UHGV virus genome: UHGV-1367122
Reading direction: 5' to 3' (one strand)
Length of the DNA stretch: 50,808 bases
Source of the DNA: a virus
Shown here: piece by piece, positions 17,838 through 28,083 of the stretch
Layout: each line of letters starts with the position of its first letter
How positions within the stretch are numbered: position 1 is the stretch's first letter
Position numbers and translations under genes: made by a program
Notes under the pieces: model-generated
The model's input: only the letters and a program-made list of their open reading frames with translations
Databases searched by the model: none
What the model was told of the DNA's origin: nothing

Positions 17838-20321
17838 ATGACATCACCAAAATATATTTTCTATATTGGCGCCGCAAATAGTGGCCTGTATTTTAATCCA
17901 GGTACTGGAATAGATGATAACGGAGAATTTATAAGCGCCGTAGGTAAATACTCTTATGGCCCAGAAGAGTTAGTAGGCAATAAACTTATTTTCATTAATT
18001 TAGATTCTACTGAAGATTACTATAATTCAATTCTTTTCTATGATTCCTCTGAAAGTTTTATATCGTATGAACCCATCAAAGGGCCTAGCATCTTTGCTCC
18101 TCCTGCAAATGCTAAGTACTATGCCCTAAGATTCACTTCGAGCGATAAAGCCTTTATGTCGAAAAAAGACACTAATTTTGTATATTATGTTCAGCAGGTA
18201 AATCCTCACTATAAAGAACTTAGCAAGAAGTATGCCAAGGAAAACGGGCAAGAGTTTTTCCGTATCTCGTTAGAGGGTAAAATAAACCTATTTAATAGAG
18301 ACTTTGAGCTTGTATACTACTCTAGTGTTGAAGACCAAATGGTGCTCCTTGTAAATAAATATAACAGGGACTCCAGCAAGTGGGAGGAATACTACAAAGG
18401 CGAGTTTAATAAAACTGATTGTAAGTTTGATTACGCGAAGGGGTCCTGCGAGCTTAAAACTACAGCACTTGATGATTATAGTAGTATACTTTATAAGTAT
18501 GAGAATACCTACGATTTGATAAAGCTAGCGCCGCAAATATCAAAGATACACTTATGTAAGCGCCCTTTGATACAGATTTATGTAGCTGGCTCTAACTCTA
18601 TTACTAATTTCTTCGGTGGCGTTTACTGGGAAGATGATGTAAAGGAGCCAGTAGATTCTATTAGCGACTTACTAACTAAATACCATTTTGCGTATATAAA
18701 AACAGGAAATGAATTTTATATAAAGAATGCCGGCATACCCCAAGTTAATGGTGTGTATGCTGGTATGGACGGCGTATTTACTCAAGAGCAGGGCTGTACT
18801 TGCTATTTTGGCTCAATCGAGCCCAATGTTGCCACCAATGTGTATATAAAGCGAAATAGTGATGACGTAATTTTATACAAATCAGTAAATCAATATACAG
18901 GTAGTGGCGGCTACATAGGGAGAGAAGACGTAGAAATGGTAAATGTTAATGATAGTACAGATAGGTTCTATATAGAAAGCCCGTTTGTATATCGTATTTG
19001 CAAGAGGGTGCTGTGCGATGTTGATGAAGTAGAAGTAGATGGAGAGGTAAAAACTACGTCTGATTTGCCCTCCGATGATTTTGTGGTTGACAATAGAAAT
19101 TATAAAAAGTGTATAGGCCTAGAGGGAGGTTTGTTTTTTTGCACAACCGCTACAGATAGTGAGCCTACAAAGTACGGCATTAATGACTATGGTCAATACT
19201 TTACAAATAAGTTCATCCCGAGTACGGCTGGCTTAGGTAGGCCATTGCCTATTAGTAGAAGTTCCTGGGCCAATGCATCATTGTGGTATGTATATGATAA
19301 TTCTTATGAGGTCTTCGATGAAAAGTTACGAAAAGAGTATACTCTTAAGGATAGTTACAGCATAGCATCTGTAATAAGCGCGTTACTTAAAGAAATAGAC
19401 CCGACAATTAAGCATCTTTGGAGTTCCGCGTATAGCCGATTTTTATATGATACCAATGTGCCTATGCCGATGGACAGGTTTTATTTATACATAACACAAA
19501 AGACCAATGTCCTAAAAGGAGATTACGACCAGCCGGCACAAAAAGCGGAAATATCATTAGAGGCTGTGCTTAAAATGCTCCGTGATTGCTTTAGATGCTA
19601 TTGGTTCATTGAGGATGGGAAATTTAGAATTGAGCATATAAGCTTCTTTATGAACGGTGGCAACTATTTTAACTATGGGAAGACACAACTTGATTTTACA
19701 GAGTTAAAAGACCAGTTTAATAAAAAGCCGTATTCTTATTTCCAATCTGAAATTGAGTTTGATAAGTCTGACCTAAATTCTCGGTATGAGTTCAACTGGA
19801 TGGACGACGTTACAGACTTATTCGCTGGTTTGACGATAGATATTAAGTCTAATTATATACAGAAGGGAAAAACGGAGGAAATAAATATAAGTAATTTTTC
19901 CTCTGATATAGACTATATGCTATTAAACCCGCCCAACTTCTCAGAAGATGGATTCGCCCTACTGTGCCCTGTATATAATGGCGCGTATTTTGAGCTGCCT
20001 ATAATAAAAACGGAGTTGCTAGATGAAAACGGTGATAGATATAATGCTATAATACAGAACTATTATGCTTCGTGGGCTTATTTGATTAGGTTCTATCTGT
20101 ATGATATGCCGGCCTCAAGCCTTCACTGTAATGTATTAGGTGATTTATATGCGAATGGCATAAAGCATTGCATGCACAATACAATAGAATTTCCGTCTGA
20201 GGAGGACCCTGATAGGGTTGAGCTAATTAAAACACCTATGGGATATGGCAGGGTAGAAGAAATTCTAGTAAATATGCTAACCCGCATCGCAAAAGTTAAA
20301 CTGTCGTATGCTCCGAAGTAA
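17838..20321 (+). CDS. Tail or baseplate protein (827 aa)
   Basis: Large protein directly after the tape measure. Confidence 0.45.
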   Translation: MTSPKYIFYIGAANSGLYFNPGTGIDDNGEFISAVGKYSYGPEELVGNKLIFINLDSTEDYYNSILFYDSSESFISYEPIKGPSIFAPPANAKYYALRFTSSDKAFMSKKDTNFVYYVQQVNPHYKELSKKYAKENGQEFFRISLEGKINLFNRDFELVYYSSVEDQMVLLVNKYNRDSSKWEEYYKGEFNKTDCKFDYAKGSCELKTTALDDYSSILYKYENTYDLIKLAPQISKIHLCKRPLIQIYVAGSNSITNFFGGVYWEDDVKEPVDSISDLLTKYHFAYIKTGNEFYIKNAGIPQVNGVYAGMDGVFTQEQGCTCYFGSIEPNVATNVYIKRNSDDVILYKSVNQYTGSGGYIGREDVEMVNVNDSTDRFYIESPFVYRICKRVLCDVDEVEVDGEVKTTSDLPSDDFVVDNRNYKKCIGLEGGLFFCTTATDSEPTKYGINDYGQYFTNKFIPSTAGLGRPLPISRSSWANASLWYVYDNSYEVFDEKLRKEYTLKDSYSIASVISALLKEIDPTIKHLWSSAYSRFLYDTNVPMPMDRFYLYITQKTNVLKGDYDQPAQKAEISLEAVLKMLRDCFRCYWFIEDGKFRIEHISFFMNGGNYFNYGKTQLDFTELKDQFNKKPYSYFQSEIEFDKSDLNSRYEFNWMDDVTDLFAGLTIDIKSNYIQKGKTEEINISNFSSDIDYMLLNPPNFSEDGFALLCPVYNGAYFELPIIKTELLDENGDRYNAIIQNYYASWAYLIRFYLYDMPASSLHCNVLGDLYANGIKHCMHNTIEFPSEEDPDRVELIKTPMGYGRVEEILVNMLTRIAKVKLSYAPK

Positions 20322-20369
20322 AATTAGTGAGTTAAATATGTTAATAAATTTTTCCATATTGTATAATTT

Positions 20370-21239
20370 TTGTATATTTACCGCATGAAATTAGTTAACA
20401 ATAACATATCACCTTTGCCATTTTACGATGACATTGCTCTACAAAATCATCGTAAAGATTATGCGTTTGGCCAAATCTATCAACTGGTAACGTATAAAAA
20501 TATGTTATTGCCTTTTCAAGTAGTTTTATCAGGCGGAACGTCGATAGGTGAGGTCAGGCTATATGACTTTAATACCGGAAAGTATATAGGCATAACCAGC
20601 AGTATGAAGGAAAATGGCTTGACCCTTACGCAGTTTACAGGTTTTAAGCTATTAAAATACCCTGGTACTTTGCCCATTGTTGAAATAAAGCATGAGGGCC
20701 TATATTACTTAACTATTTACATAAATGGCTTAGGTACTATATACTCGGATTTGTTTTCAGTAACTAATAGGGTATCAGACTATTTACTTATAGAATACGG
20801 CAATTCATATAATTTTGAGCTCAAGAATGGTATCGTAGATTTCTCTGACAATTTCAAGTTTAAGTGCTACGTAAATGCCCAAATAGGAAAGCCTGAATAT
20901 GACTTTGAAGAAGAGGTCACTGAGCGAATGGGCTATACTTTCATCGAGAGCCAGGTAAGTAAGAAGATATATAAATTCACTTTTTTAGCCACAGAGTACT
21001 TATGTGATGCACTTAGAATTGTAAGACTTTGCGAAAATAAGCAAATTACCAGCAAGTCGCAAGTCTATGATTTGACCACATTTAATATGGAGCCTGAATG
21101 GGAAGACCAAGGAGATTTAGCTTCTGTGGAATGCGAATTTGAGACTGATACGGTTATTGCAAACCTAGGCGGATATGTGCCTAAATTAGCAGGCGGCGAT
21201 TTTGGCGCCGATTACAGTAACGATTATGAAAATCAATAA
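20370..21239 (+). CDS. Tail protein, hypothetical (289 aa)
   Basis: ORF track, within the tail module. Confidence 0.4.
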   Translation: MYIYRMKLVNNNISPLPFYDDIALQNHRKDYAFGQIYQLVTYKNMLLPFQVVLSGGTSIGEVRLYDFNTGKYIGITSSMKENGLTLTQFTGFKLLKYPGTLPIVEIKHEGLYYLTIYINGLGTIYSDLFSVTNRVSDYLLIEYGNSYNFELKNGIVDFSDNFKFKCYVNAQIGKPEYDFEEEVTERMGYTFIESQVSKKIYKFTFLATEYLCDALRIVRLCENKQITSKSQVYDLTTFNMEPEWEDQGDLASVECEFETDTVIANLGGYVPKLAGGDFGADYSNDYENQ

Positions 21240-21242
21240 GAT

Positions 21243-23174
21243 ATGGCAAAATGGGCTATCCTAAAGGCAGCAATAGCCGACGTTATAAAAGCTAATGGCA
21301 ATCGAGAGATAACAGGGCCGTTACTTCAAAATGTACTTAATAATATCGTAAGCTCTATTGGAGAAAATGCTACTTTTATAGGGCTAGCGACGCCTAGCAC
21401 TAGCCCCGGCGCACCTGATGGTCCATGCTTCTACATGGCGAATCTACCTGGCGTGTACCCTAATTTTAACGGGCTGGAAGTTAGCAATAGTGAACTAGCC
21501 GCTCTATGCTGGAACGGGAGTGCTTGGGCTAAGATTACAGTATTTAATAACGGGTTCATAGAGTACGCTTCATTTACCGGTAAAGTACCTTCGCTTAGCA
21601 TTACGGGTAGAACGTTTACTATACCGAGTAATTCTTTTATCAGTTCCCGCGGCATGTACGTGACTATAACCAATGATATTGTGGTAGGTACAACTGACAC
21701 GTGGGGCACGCATTTCATAATACTCGACGCAGATACGCAAAGCGCCAGAGTCAGACGGTCAAGCGAGGCACTAAATTTAGGGCCGCGGGAGCTATTAGTT
21801 GCGCTTGTTAAGTGGGACACTTGCGTATTGCAGGCTAATTTCGTAGACTACTATATTGATAACGCGAGAGTAGCTTTTAAGCCACGCGCAAAGAGTATAT
21901 ACTTCAGTGACTACATTACGCTGGTGTATAATAAAAGTACATTTCCGGCGCTTAACACCTCGGAATACTCGCTCACTTTCAAAAAGGGCTCTCTATTCTT
22001 CGGCAACGGGCTTAGTATTAGCCTTGATGCTGACGTGGTGGTAAGCCGGCCAGATGGCTATGGTACACACTACATAATCATAAATACCAATAAGGAGATA
22101 AAGGCAATATGGGACGCGAATGATAGCGGCAAAGGCCTCAGTGTAGATGAGGCTGTTATCTGCTGCGTAAAATGGAGCACCGGCATAGTTCAAGCAAATA
22201 TATTTAGCTACTATAAAGACGGAGAACTTATTAATTTTAAGCCGCTTAATAATACAAGCGTGAGTGCTAGCGCGCCAAAAATATATAACAATCGCTTAGA
22301 CCTACAGAGAGCGCAATTGCGCGTACTGGACATAGGTAATAGTTACACAAATGACTGCGTACATTATCTTCATAATTTAATAGGAGCCGCTGGCCTTGAC
22401 GTGTCAGATATGTGCCTCTATAAAGCTACTCGCGCTTCTGGGTCTTTCAAGACGTGGACCGACACTTACTACGATAGGGACACGCAAGACTACTCTATAG
22501 ACAAGGTGTGCGGTGGCATCAATGCTAATATAACTGGCACGCACGGGCCTAATGACGGGTCCCTGTTCAGAAGTGCTATTAGAGATAATGAATGGGACCT
22601 TATATTAATTCATCAGGTGTCTCAGTACGCGCCATATTATGAAGACTGGTCTGGTAGCGGCAGCGGCGGCTATTTGAACGATTTGATACGTATTATACGT
22701 CTAAACCAGCCAAAGGCCACAATAGGCTTTTTGCTAGTACATTCATATTGGAGCGGTTACTCGGGCAATACAGAGAAATCGTCACTTGAGAGATGGAAAC
22801 TAATTACTGAATCAGCTAAAAAATTAAGAGCAGACTATGACATAGATTTTATTATTCCCTATGGAACTGCCATACAGAATCTGAGGGCGAGTTCCTTAAA
22901 TAATGAGTACGACTTAACAGAGGACGGTACGCATAATGCAAATGGGCTAGCAGACTATACAGCTGCGTGCGCGTATTTCCAATCAGTGTTTGCGCCTAGA
23001 TATGGCGTTAGCGTTGTAGGCAATACTGCCCGCGTAACAGTAAGTCAAACCGGGCAATACCCAAGTAGCAGTATAAGTGTCACAGATGAAAACGCGGCAA
23101 TCGCTCAGAAAGCAGCGTTTCTAGCAACGTGCGACTGGTATAGTTGTGTAAACCCAGAGGTTATAGAAATCTAA
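21243..23174 (+). CDS. Tail fibre or receptor-binding protein with a C-terminal SGNH/GDSL hydrolase (esterase) domain (643 aa)
   Basis: N-terminal ~60 aa shared with the next gene; internal ~100-aa duplicated module; C-terminal blocks VLDIGNSYT (Ser block) and DGTHNANGL (DxxH block) typical of SGNH hydrolases. Confidence 0.65.
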   Translation: MAKWAILKAAIADVIKANGNREITGPLLQNVLNNIVSSIGENATFIGLATPSTSPGAPDGPCFYMANLPGVYPNFNGLEVSNSELAALCWNGSAWAKITVFNNGFIEYASFTGKVPSLSITGRTFTIPSNSFISSRGMYVTITNDIVVGTTDTWGTHFIILDADTQSARVRRSSEALNLGPRELLVALVKWDTCVLQANFVDYYIDNARVAFKPRAKSIYFSDYITLVYNKSTFPALNTSEYSLTFKKGSLFFGNGLSISLDADVVVSRPDGYGTHYIIINTNKEIKAIWDANDSGKGLSVDEAVICCVKWSTGIVQANIFSYYKDGELINFKPLNNTSVSASAPKIYNNRLDLQRAQLRVLDIGNSYTNDCVHYLHNLIGAAGLDVSDMCLYKATRASGSFKTWTDTYYDRDTQDYSIDKVCGGINANITGTHGPNDGSLFRSAIRDNEWDLILIHQVSQYAPYYEDWSGSGSGGYLNDLIRIIRLNQPKATIGFLLVHSYWSGYSGNTEKSSLERWKLITESAKKLRADYDIDFIIPYGTAIQNLRASSLNNEYDLTEDGTHNANGLADYTAACAYFQSVFAPRYGVSVVGNTARVTVSQTGQYPSSSISVTDENAAIAQKAAFLATCDWYSCVNPEVIEI

Positions 23175-23193
23175 CGCAATAAATAAAAATAAC

Positions 23194-24201
23194 ATGGCAA
23201 ATTGGGAAAATTTAATACAGGAAGTTTCCGACGTTATTAAGCCGAATAATAGTCAGGCAATAACTGGGCAGGTACTCCAGAATTCTCTTATAAACATTAT
23301 AGAAAAACTTGGCGAAGGCGCAACGTTTAGAGGCCTTGCTAATGAAGTTACAAATCCAGCAGATAAACATTTTGACGGGCCTAGTTTTTACATATTCAAA
23401 AATAGTAGAGACAGTAGTGTTACTTTAGCAAATTTTAGCCGTGTGCTTATTGACGCGTATGCTATATCTATTTTAATTAGCGAAGATGGCACTACGTGGG
23501 AAAGCATAGAATTTGCTAAAATTAGTAATTCTACTGTAGCTAATTCTAACGTATTAAATTCTAACATATTAAATCTTTGGGCGGGTCTTAATGACCAATT
23601 AAGCGTAAAAAAAGATGGTACCAATAAAGATATAATTGAAATTGGCACTGGAAGCATTATTGTTAAAGATGTTGCCTATGATTACGTAGACGCAATACTT
23701 ATTGACCCCCGTAGAAGAAAAATATCAATAGGTACGCAAACTGGTGGTGAAGCGTTATATATTGGTACAGATAAAGTAACTATTGGCCAAATTAACTCCT
23801 ACAACTCTAATAATCCCTTTATAAGTGTTGGTACTGCGGGATTCAAATTAGCTTTTGGCACATTAGGAAGCGCTGAAATTACTACAAACAGCATACGCAC
23901 TTATATCGGAACAGACCCAAATACTAGTAACATTAAAATAGGTGGTACTTTTAGTTCTTATGGTAATGTAGTTATTAATAGAAGTTCATCCCTAGATATT
24001 GGTGTTGATGCTGTAGTCCAAATACGTAGCGGCGTTGCTATAGGCACCGGCGTAGCCCCTAGCCAGTTTGAAAATGACGGTACCGTATATTTGGGCCCAA
24101 GCGCAAAAATAGGAACGGGTATAGCTATGTATGTGCAAATGGACAGCCTTATTATTAAGGATTTGATTAATGGTAAAACCGCGCAATTTCATCTTAGTTA
24201 G
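23194..24201 (+). CDS. Second tail fibre or receptor-binding protein (335 aa) sharing the N-terminal anchor domain
   Basis: MANWENLIQEVSDVIKPNN...ITGQVLQNSLINII aligns with MAKWAILKAAIADVIKANG...ITGPLLQNVLNNIV of the previous gene. Confidence 0.55.
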   Translation: MANWENLIQEVSDVIKPNNSQAITGQVLQNSLINIIEKLGEGATFRGLANEVTNPADKHFDGPSFYIFKNSRDSSVTLANFSRVLIDAYAISILISEDGTTWESIEFAKISNSTVANSNVLNSNILNLWAGLNDQLSVKKDGTNKDIIEIGTGSIIVKDVAYDYVDAILIDPRRRKISIGTQTGGEALYIGTDKVTIGQINSYNSNNPFISVGTAGFKLAFGTLGSAEITTNSIRTYIGTDPNTSNIKIGGTFSSYGNVVINRSSSLDIGVDAVVQIRSGVAIGTGVAPSQFENDGTVYLGPSAKIGTGIAMYVQMDSLIIKDLINGKTAQFHLS

Positions 24202-24203
24202 TT

Positions 24204-25106
24204 ATGAACAAAGTAAGTATTGTAATAACTGCATATAACGTAGCGCCCTATATACGCGAATGCTTGGAAAGTGTTTTCGCTCAGACGACGCCATGCGATG
24301 TAATAGTCGTTGACGATAAATCCACAGATGACACGCTGTCGGTAATAAAAAGCGTTGAAGTAAGTGATAATTTTTCACTTCGCGTCATTGAGAACAAAGA
24401 AAACGTAGGCGCTGGGTATTCGAGGTTTATTGGGCTCTCTGAATGCAAGACAGAATACGTTATACTGCTTGATGGCGATGATTATTATGCCAATTGCCAT
24501 TTCATACAGGACCTCTTACAAAAAGCAGAAGAGACCGACGCCGATATTGTTAGTGGCGGCATAACCATTAAAAGAGAGGACGGCTCATGGGATGCTACCG
24601 GCTACGGGGAAGGTGTATATACAAGTGCACTCGATAAAGTGGCTAAATTTTGGGGGGCCCGTACTGTATTCATGGTAAATAAGCTAATACGGAAAAAATT
24701 ACATGACAAAGTGCCCTATAGCAAGAGAAGATACATAGAGGACACTCCTGTAATAATACCTCAATTGTGGTATGCTAACAAGGTTGCGTACTGCGATAAT
24801 GCGGGGTATGTTTACAGAATGAGAAATTCTTCTCTTACACACACGACCGATACGGTAAAGGACATTATCTATAAAGGCCTTTGTTGGGTAGAGCTGCTCG
24901 AGTTCTTTAGCAACAACGATAAGGAGTTGTTAAATGCTATTAACCTAAAGTATTATATTAGAAATATAATATCCGCGCTTAATAGCATAAAACTAACAGA
25001 GGAGATGATTAAGCCGTATGAAAAAGACTGGTCTGAGTTCTCTATGAAGCTGTTTAACGTCATGAAAATAAACAGCATAGACGTAGTAGGCAATAAGGCA
25101 CAATAA
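24204..25106 (+). CDS. Family-2 glycosyltransferase (300 aa)
   Basis: N-terminal VSIVITAYNVAPYIRECLESVFAQT...VVDDKSTDDT and LLDGDDYY (DxD) motifs typical of GT2 (GT-A fold). Confidence 0.8.
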   Translation: MNKVSIVITAYNVAPYIRECLESVFAQTTPCDVIVVDDKSTDDTLSVIKSVEVSDNFSLRVIENKENVGAGYSRFIGLSECKTEYVILLDGDDYYANCHFIQDLLQKAEETDADIVSGGITIKREDGSWDATGYGEGVYTSALDKVAKFWGARTVFMVNKLIRKKLHDKVPYSKRRYIEDTPVIIPQLWYANKVAYCDNAGYVYRMRNSSLTHTTDTVKDIIYKGLCWVELLEFFSNNDKELLNAINLKYYIRNIISALNSIKLTEEMIKPYEKDWSEFSMKLFNVMKINSIDVVGNKAQ

Positions 25107-25180
25107 CCTAATAACTGTATAATATTCTTGCAAGATATTATAGTCAACTCAATGTTTAATCCTTAAAGAGTTTTTCAATT

Positions 25181-26044
25181 ATGGAAACCGAAAAAATTTA
25201 TTGTTGTGACAGAGGTGACAATGACAATGCACTAGCAGCCGCCATTCTGGCAAACGGTAATAACCGCAGAGACGATTGGGGTCCTATGGCAGCCATGATG
25301 AACAACAACTGGATGAACAATCCTTTTGCGTACCTCATGTTCCTTGCGCTGTTCCGCAACGGCTTTGGCGGATGGGGCAACGAAGATGGCTGCGGGCACG
25401 CCACTCAGGGCATTGAAACGCAGGCTCAGCTCAATGCCATCCGCACTCAGTTGCAGGATAATCAGAATGCCGATTGTATCAAGTCCGCTATCCAGGGCAA
25501 TGCCTTTGCCATCAGCCAGCTTGCGCAGAACCTTAATATCGACTTCAACACTCTCCAGAAGTGCTGCTGCGATGTTCAGGCCGCCATTCAGCAAGTTGCC
25601 GGTCAGGTTGGCTTCTCTACTGAGCGTGTTATCAACGCGGTTAACCTTGGTGACTGCAATGTTATTCAGGCGCTTCAGAACTGCTGCTGCCAGACCCAGC
25701 GCCAGATTGCCGATTTCCGTGCTGACATTCAGCTCCAGAACTGCAAAGACACTTGTGAACTCCGCAACGGTCAGCGCGACATTAGCGCTATCGTCGCCCA
25801 GGGCTTCTCGCAGGTGGGCTATGAAACTCAAAAGCAGACTTGCGACATTATCAACAATGCGAACGCCAACACGCAGCGTATTCTTGATACTCTGAACAAC
25901 CACTGGAAAGACGAGCAGGCACTGCAAATCCAGGACCTCAAATTCCAGTTGTCTCAGGAGCGCCAGAACAATCTGTTGTTGAACCGCCTCGGTGGTAATG
26001 GATGCAGCTGTGGCAACAGCTGTGGATGCGGTTGCGGCCAGTAA
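25181..26044 (+). CDS. Cys-rich coiled-coil protein (287 aa; CC/CCC motifs, C-terminal GCSCGNSCGCGCGQ), GC-rich codon usage
   Basis: ORF track; three overlapping frames stay open, showing atypical composition. Confidence 0.5.
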   Translation: METEKIYCCDRGDNDNALAAAILANGNNRRDDWGPMAAMMNNNWMNNPFAYLMFLALFRNGFGGWGNEDGCGHATQGIETQAQLNAIRTQLQDNQNADCIKSAIQGNAFAISQLAQNLNIDFNTLQKCCCDVQAAIQQVAGQVGFSTERVINAVNLGDCNVIQALQNCCCQTQRQIADFRADIQLQNCKDTCELRNGQRDISAIVAQGFSQVGYETQKQTCDIINNANANTQRILDTLNNHWKDEQALQIQDLKFQLSQERQNNLLLNRLGGNGCSCGNSCGCGCGQ

Positions 26045-26069
26045 TGTTTAACCATTAAACTATAAGATT

Positions 26070-26480
26070 ATGGTTACTTTATCGCCGGTAGGCTTAGCCG
26101 CTGCTCCTGTGACAAATCAAGCCGCGTTCTTGGCCACATTCAAGGAGAAACTGTGCCGCTGCGTTTGCGCAACTTCTACCAATCAACCATTCGCGACTGT
26201 TACTTATAGGAATGAGACACCTGTTCTTAATGGAACGACGGTATTCGTGCCTATTGTAGCAACCATTACAATTACCACGCCTAACGCCTGTAAATGCCAA
26301 GCTGAGACGCAGGTAATTAATGAACGCTTCATGGTCGCATTCCAAGGTAGAACGACACTTCCTGCGTCCGTCACTATTGCTCAGCTTGGAATGATGCAGG
26401 GCTTGATTAAAATAGTATGCGGTAAATCCAATTGCTATGCAATCAATAGTTCACTGACTGTAACTATTCCAGCTGCATAA
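26070..26480 (+). CDS. Small Cys-rich protein (136 aa)
   Basis: ORF track; 9 Cys including CRCVC; followed by a strong terminator. Confidence 0.45.
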   Translation: MVTLSPVGLAAAPVTNQAAFLATFKEKLCRCVCATSTNQPFATVTYRNETPVLNGTTVFVPIVATITITTPNACKCQAETQVINERFMVAFQGRTTLPASVTIAQLGMMQGLIKIVCGKSNCYAINSSLTVTIPAA

Positions 26481-26488
26481 ATAATTAG

Positions 26489-26552
26489 AGAGCGCCTGAG
26501 GGGCGGCAAAGAGGGAATGTTATAACCCCTCAGGCGCGCTCTTTTTGTATTT
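26489..26552 (+). terminator. Rho-independent terminator (GAGCGCCTGAGGGG...CCCCTCAGGCGCGCTC + TTTTTGTATTT)
   Basis: 14-bp GC-rich stem followed by a T-run. Confidence 0.75.
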
Positions 26553-26575
26553 ACACAACTTAAAAAATTAAAGCT

Positions 26576-27064
26576 ATGCTATTCAAAGATATTAAGCAAA
26601 ATTATCCTGTATACATTCTCAATAAACAGGATTTGAGCCTGACACAGGGCAAAGCCGTTCAGGTGCCGTTTCCTCGCATGGAAATGAACCAAAAAACCGG
26701 TAAGACTGAGATGGTGATTGATATTACCATTGAGGCAAATGGGAAAACTGCAACCTATGTAATCCCAGAAAACCTGTCCGTAACTTACTCTGGCAGCCTT
26801 ATCCTGTCAACTGACAAGATGAGTTTGGCGAGTGAAATTGAGGCTATGAAGAACACAGCCGAGCAGATATTAGCCTCTGTAGACCACCAAAGAGATGTAC
26901 TTGAGAAATCGTCCTCTTTGCTCGCTGAGCTCAATCCGGTATATAAAGAGAAACAGGAGACCGAGAAGCGCTTTAGTGCCATTGAGGAGACTGTAACTGG
27001 CGTAAAGGGGTCGGTAGACGAGCTGAAGAAAATGATGTCTGACTTCATAAAGAAAATGAGCTAA
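26576..27064 (+). CDS. Hypothetical protein (162 aa)
   Basis: ORF track. Confidence 0.4.
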   Translation: MLFKDIKQNYPVYILNKQDLSLTQGKAVQVPFPRMEMNQKTGKTEMVIDITIEANGKTATYVIPENLSVTYSGSLILSTDKMSLASEIEAMKNTAEQILASVDHQRDVLEKSSSLLAELNPVYKEKQETEKRFSAIEETVTGVKGSVDELKKMMSDFIKKMS

Positions 27065-27065
27065 T

Positions 27066-27608
27066 ATGAGACCTAGATTAAAATATATTATAGTAAAGCA
27101 CCATTCATGCGACTACAATGATAAGGAGCATGAAGATGAAGAAGTGGTAGTAGAAAGCAGAATAGCTACTCCACATGGTGAGCATAAGGTTAAATTTGAT
27201 TTGCCTTATGAGCAAACAGCTAATGCTCTTATGTCTGCAAAAGGATATTCAGAGTATGTTAAAAAGCATGGCTACCATTTTACAGACGCACTTGCAGAGC
27301 ATGTGAGCGGGATGATGGTAAATGCAAATGGCCAAAGCCATTCATGGACAACTTCTCAAGTCAAGAAGTCCATGGAAAGCCTTGGTCTTACAATTCCTAG
27401 TCATGTAACGCATGGAGACGCGGCATATCTCGCTAATATGTATTATGCAGACCTCTACCCAGACCCTCTTAAAGATGAAGCATCGTGCCTCAGAGCCGCT
27501 TATAAAATAGCTAACGACCCGGATGGCTATGAAGGCCTGATATTCTGCAGATGGACTGCTGATGCTATTGGTAAAGCCGTAAGTATTAACTGGGAAAAAT
27601 TTATATAG
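27066..27608 (+). CDS. Hypothetical protein (180 aa)
   Basis: ORF track. Confidence 0.4.
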   Translation: MRPRLKYIIVKHHSCDYNDKEHEDEEVVVESRIATPHGEHKVKFDLPYEQTANALMSAKGYSEYVKKHGYHFTDALAEHVSGMMVNANGQSHSWTTSQVKKSMESLGLTIPSHVTHGDAAYLANMYYADLYPDPLKDEASCLRAAYKIANDPDGYEGLIFCRWTADAIGKAVSINWEKFI

Positions 27609-27609
27609 T

Positions 27610-28083
27610 ATGCTAGAGTTAATTGAGGCCAAAAACTTTGATGGGCTGATATTTTTCATAGTTATTAGAGTTGGGATTATTTTAGTTTGTTGGCTTTTCA
27701 TGATACTTAGTAGCATAGTTGACTTTTGGAGTGGCACAACTACAGCAAAAGCATTAGGTCAAACGCTTATGTCGCACGGATTTCGCCGAACAGTTATAAA
27801 AATCGGCGACTATGTAAAGCTTATGCTTTTTGCACTTATGTTTGATATACTTGGAAGTCTTCTATCATTCTATATAATCCCATTTGCAACAATACTGTGC
27901 ACAATTGCAATTATGTATATTGAGGGTAAATCCGTTATAGAAAACAGTAGACGCAAAAAAGCTCACGCGGCAGAAGTGCCTGATATAGTTAAACAGATTG
28001 TGCAAGCTACTACTACTGAACAAGGCAATGAGATATTAGACAAAATAAGCAAGTTATTAGCGCTGAATGAGAAAGATAAATAA
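27610..28083 (+). CDS. Putative holin (157 aa, 2-3 TM helices)
   Basis: Hydrophobic segments; overlaps the start of the amidase gene. Confidence 0.55.
   Translation: MLELIEAKNFDGLIFFIVIRVGIILVCWLFMILSSIVDFWSGTTTAKALGQTLMSHGFRRTVIKIGDYVKLMLFALMFDILGSLLSFYIIPFATILCTIAIMYIEGKSVIENSRRKKAHAAEVPDIVKQIVQATTTEQGNEILDKISKLLALNEKDK

Noticed and set aside
25198-25927. Overlapping ORFs 25198-25404(-), 25232-25927(-), 25326-25895(+) within the Cys-rich gene
   Set aside because: These are artefacts of GC-rich codon bias. The plus-frame 25181-26044 gene fits the gene order, has a start and is followed by a terminator.
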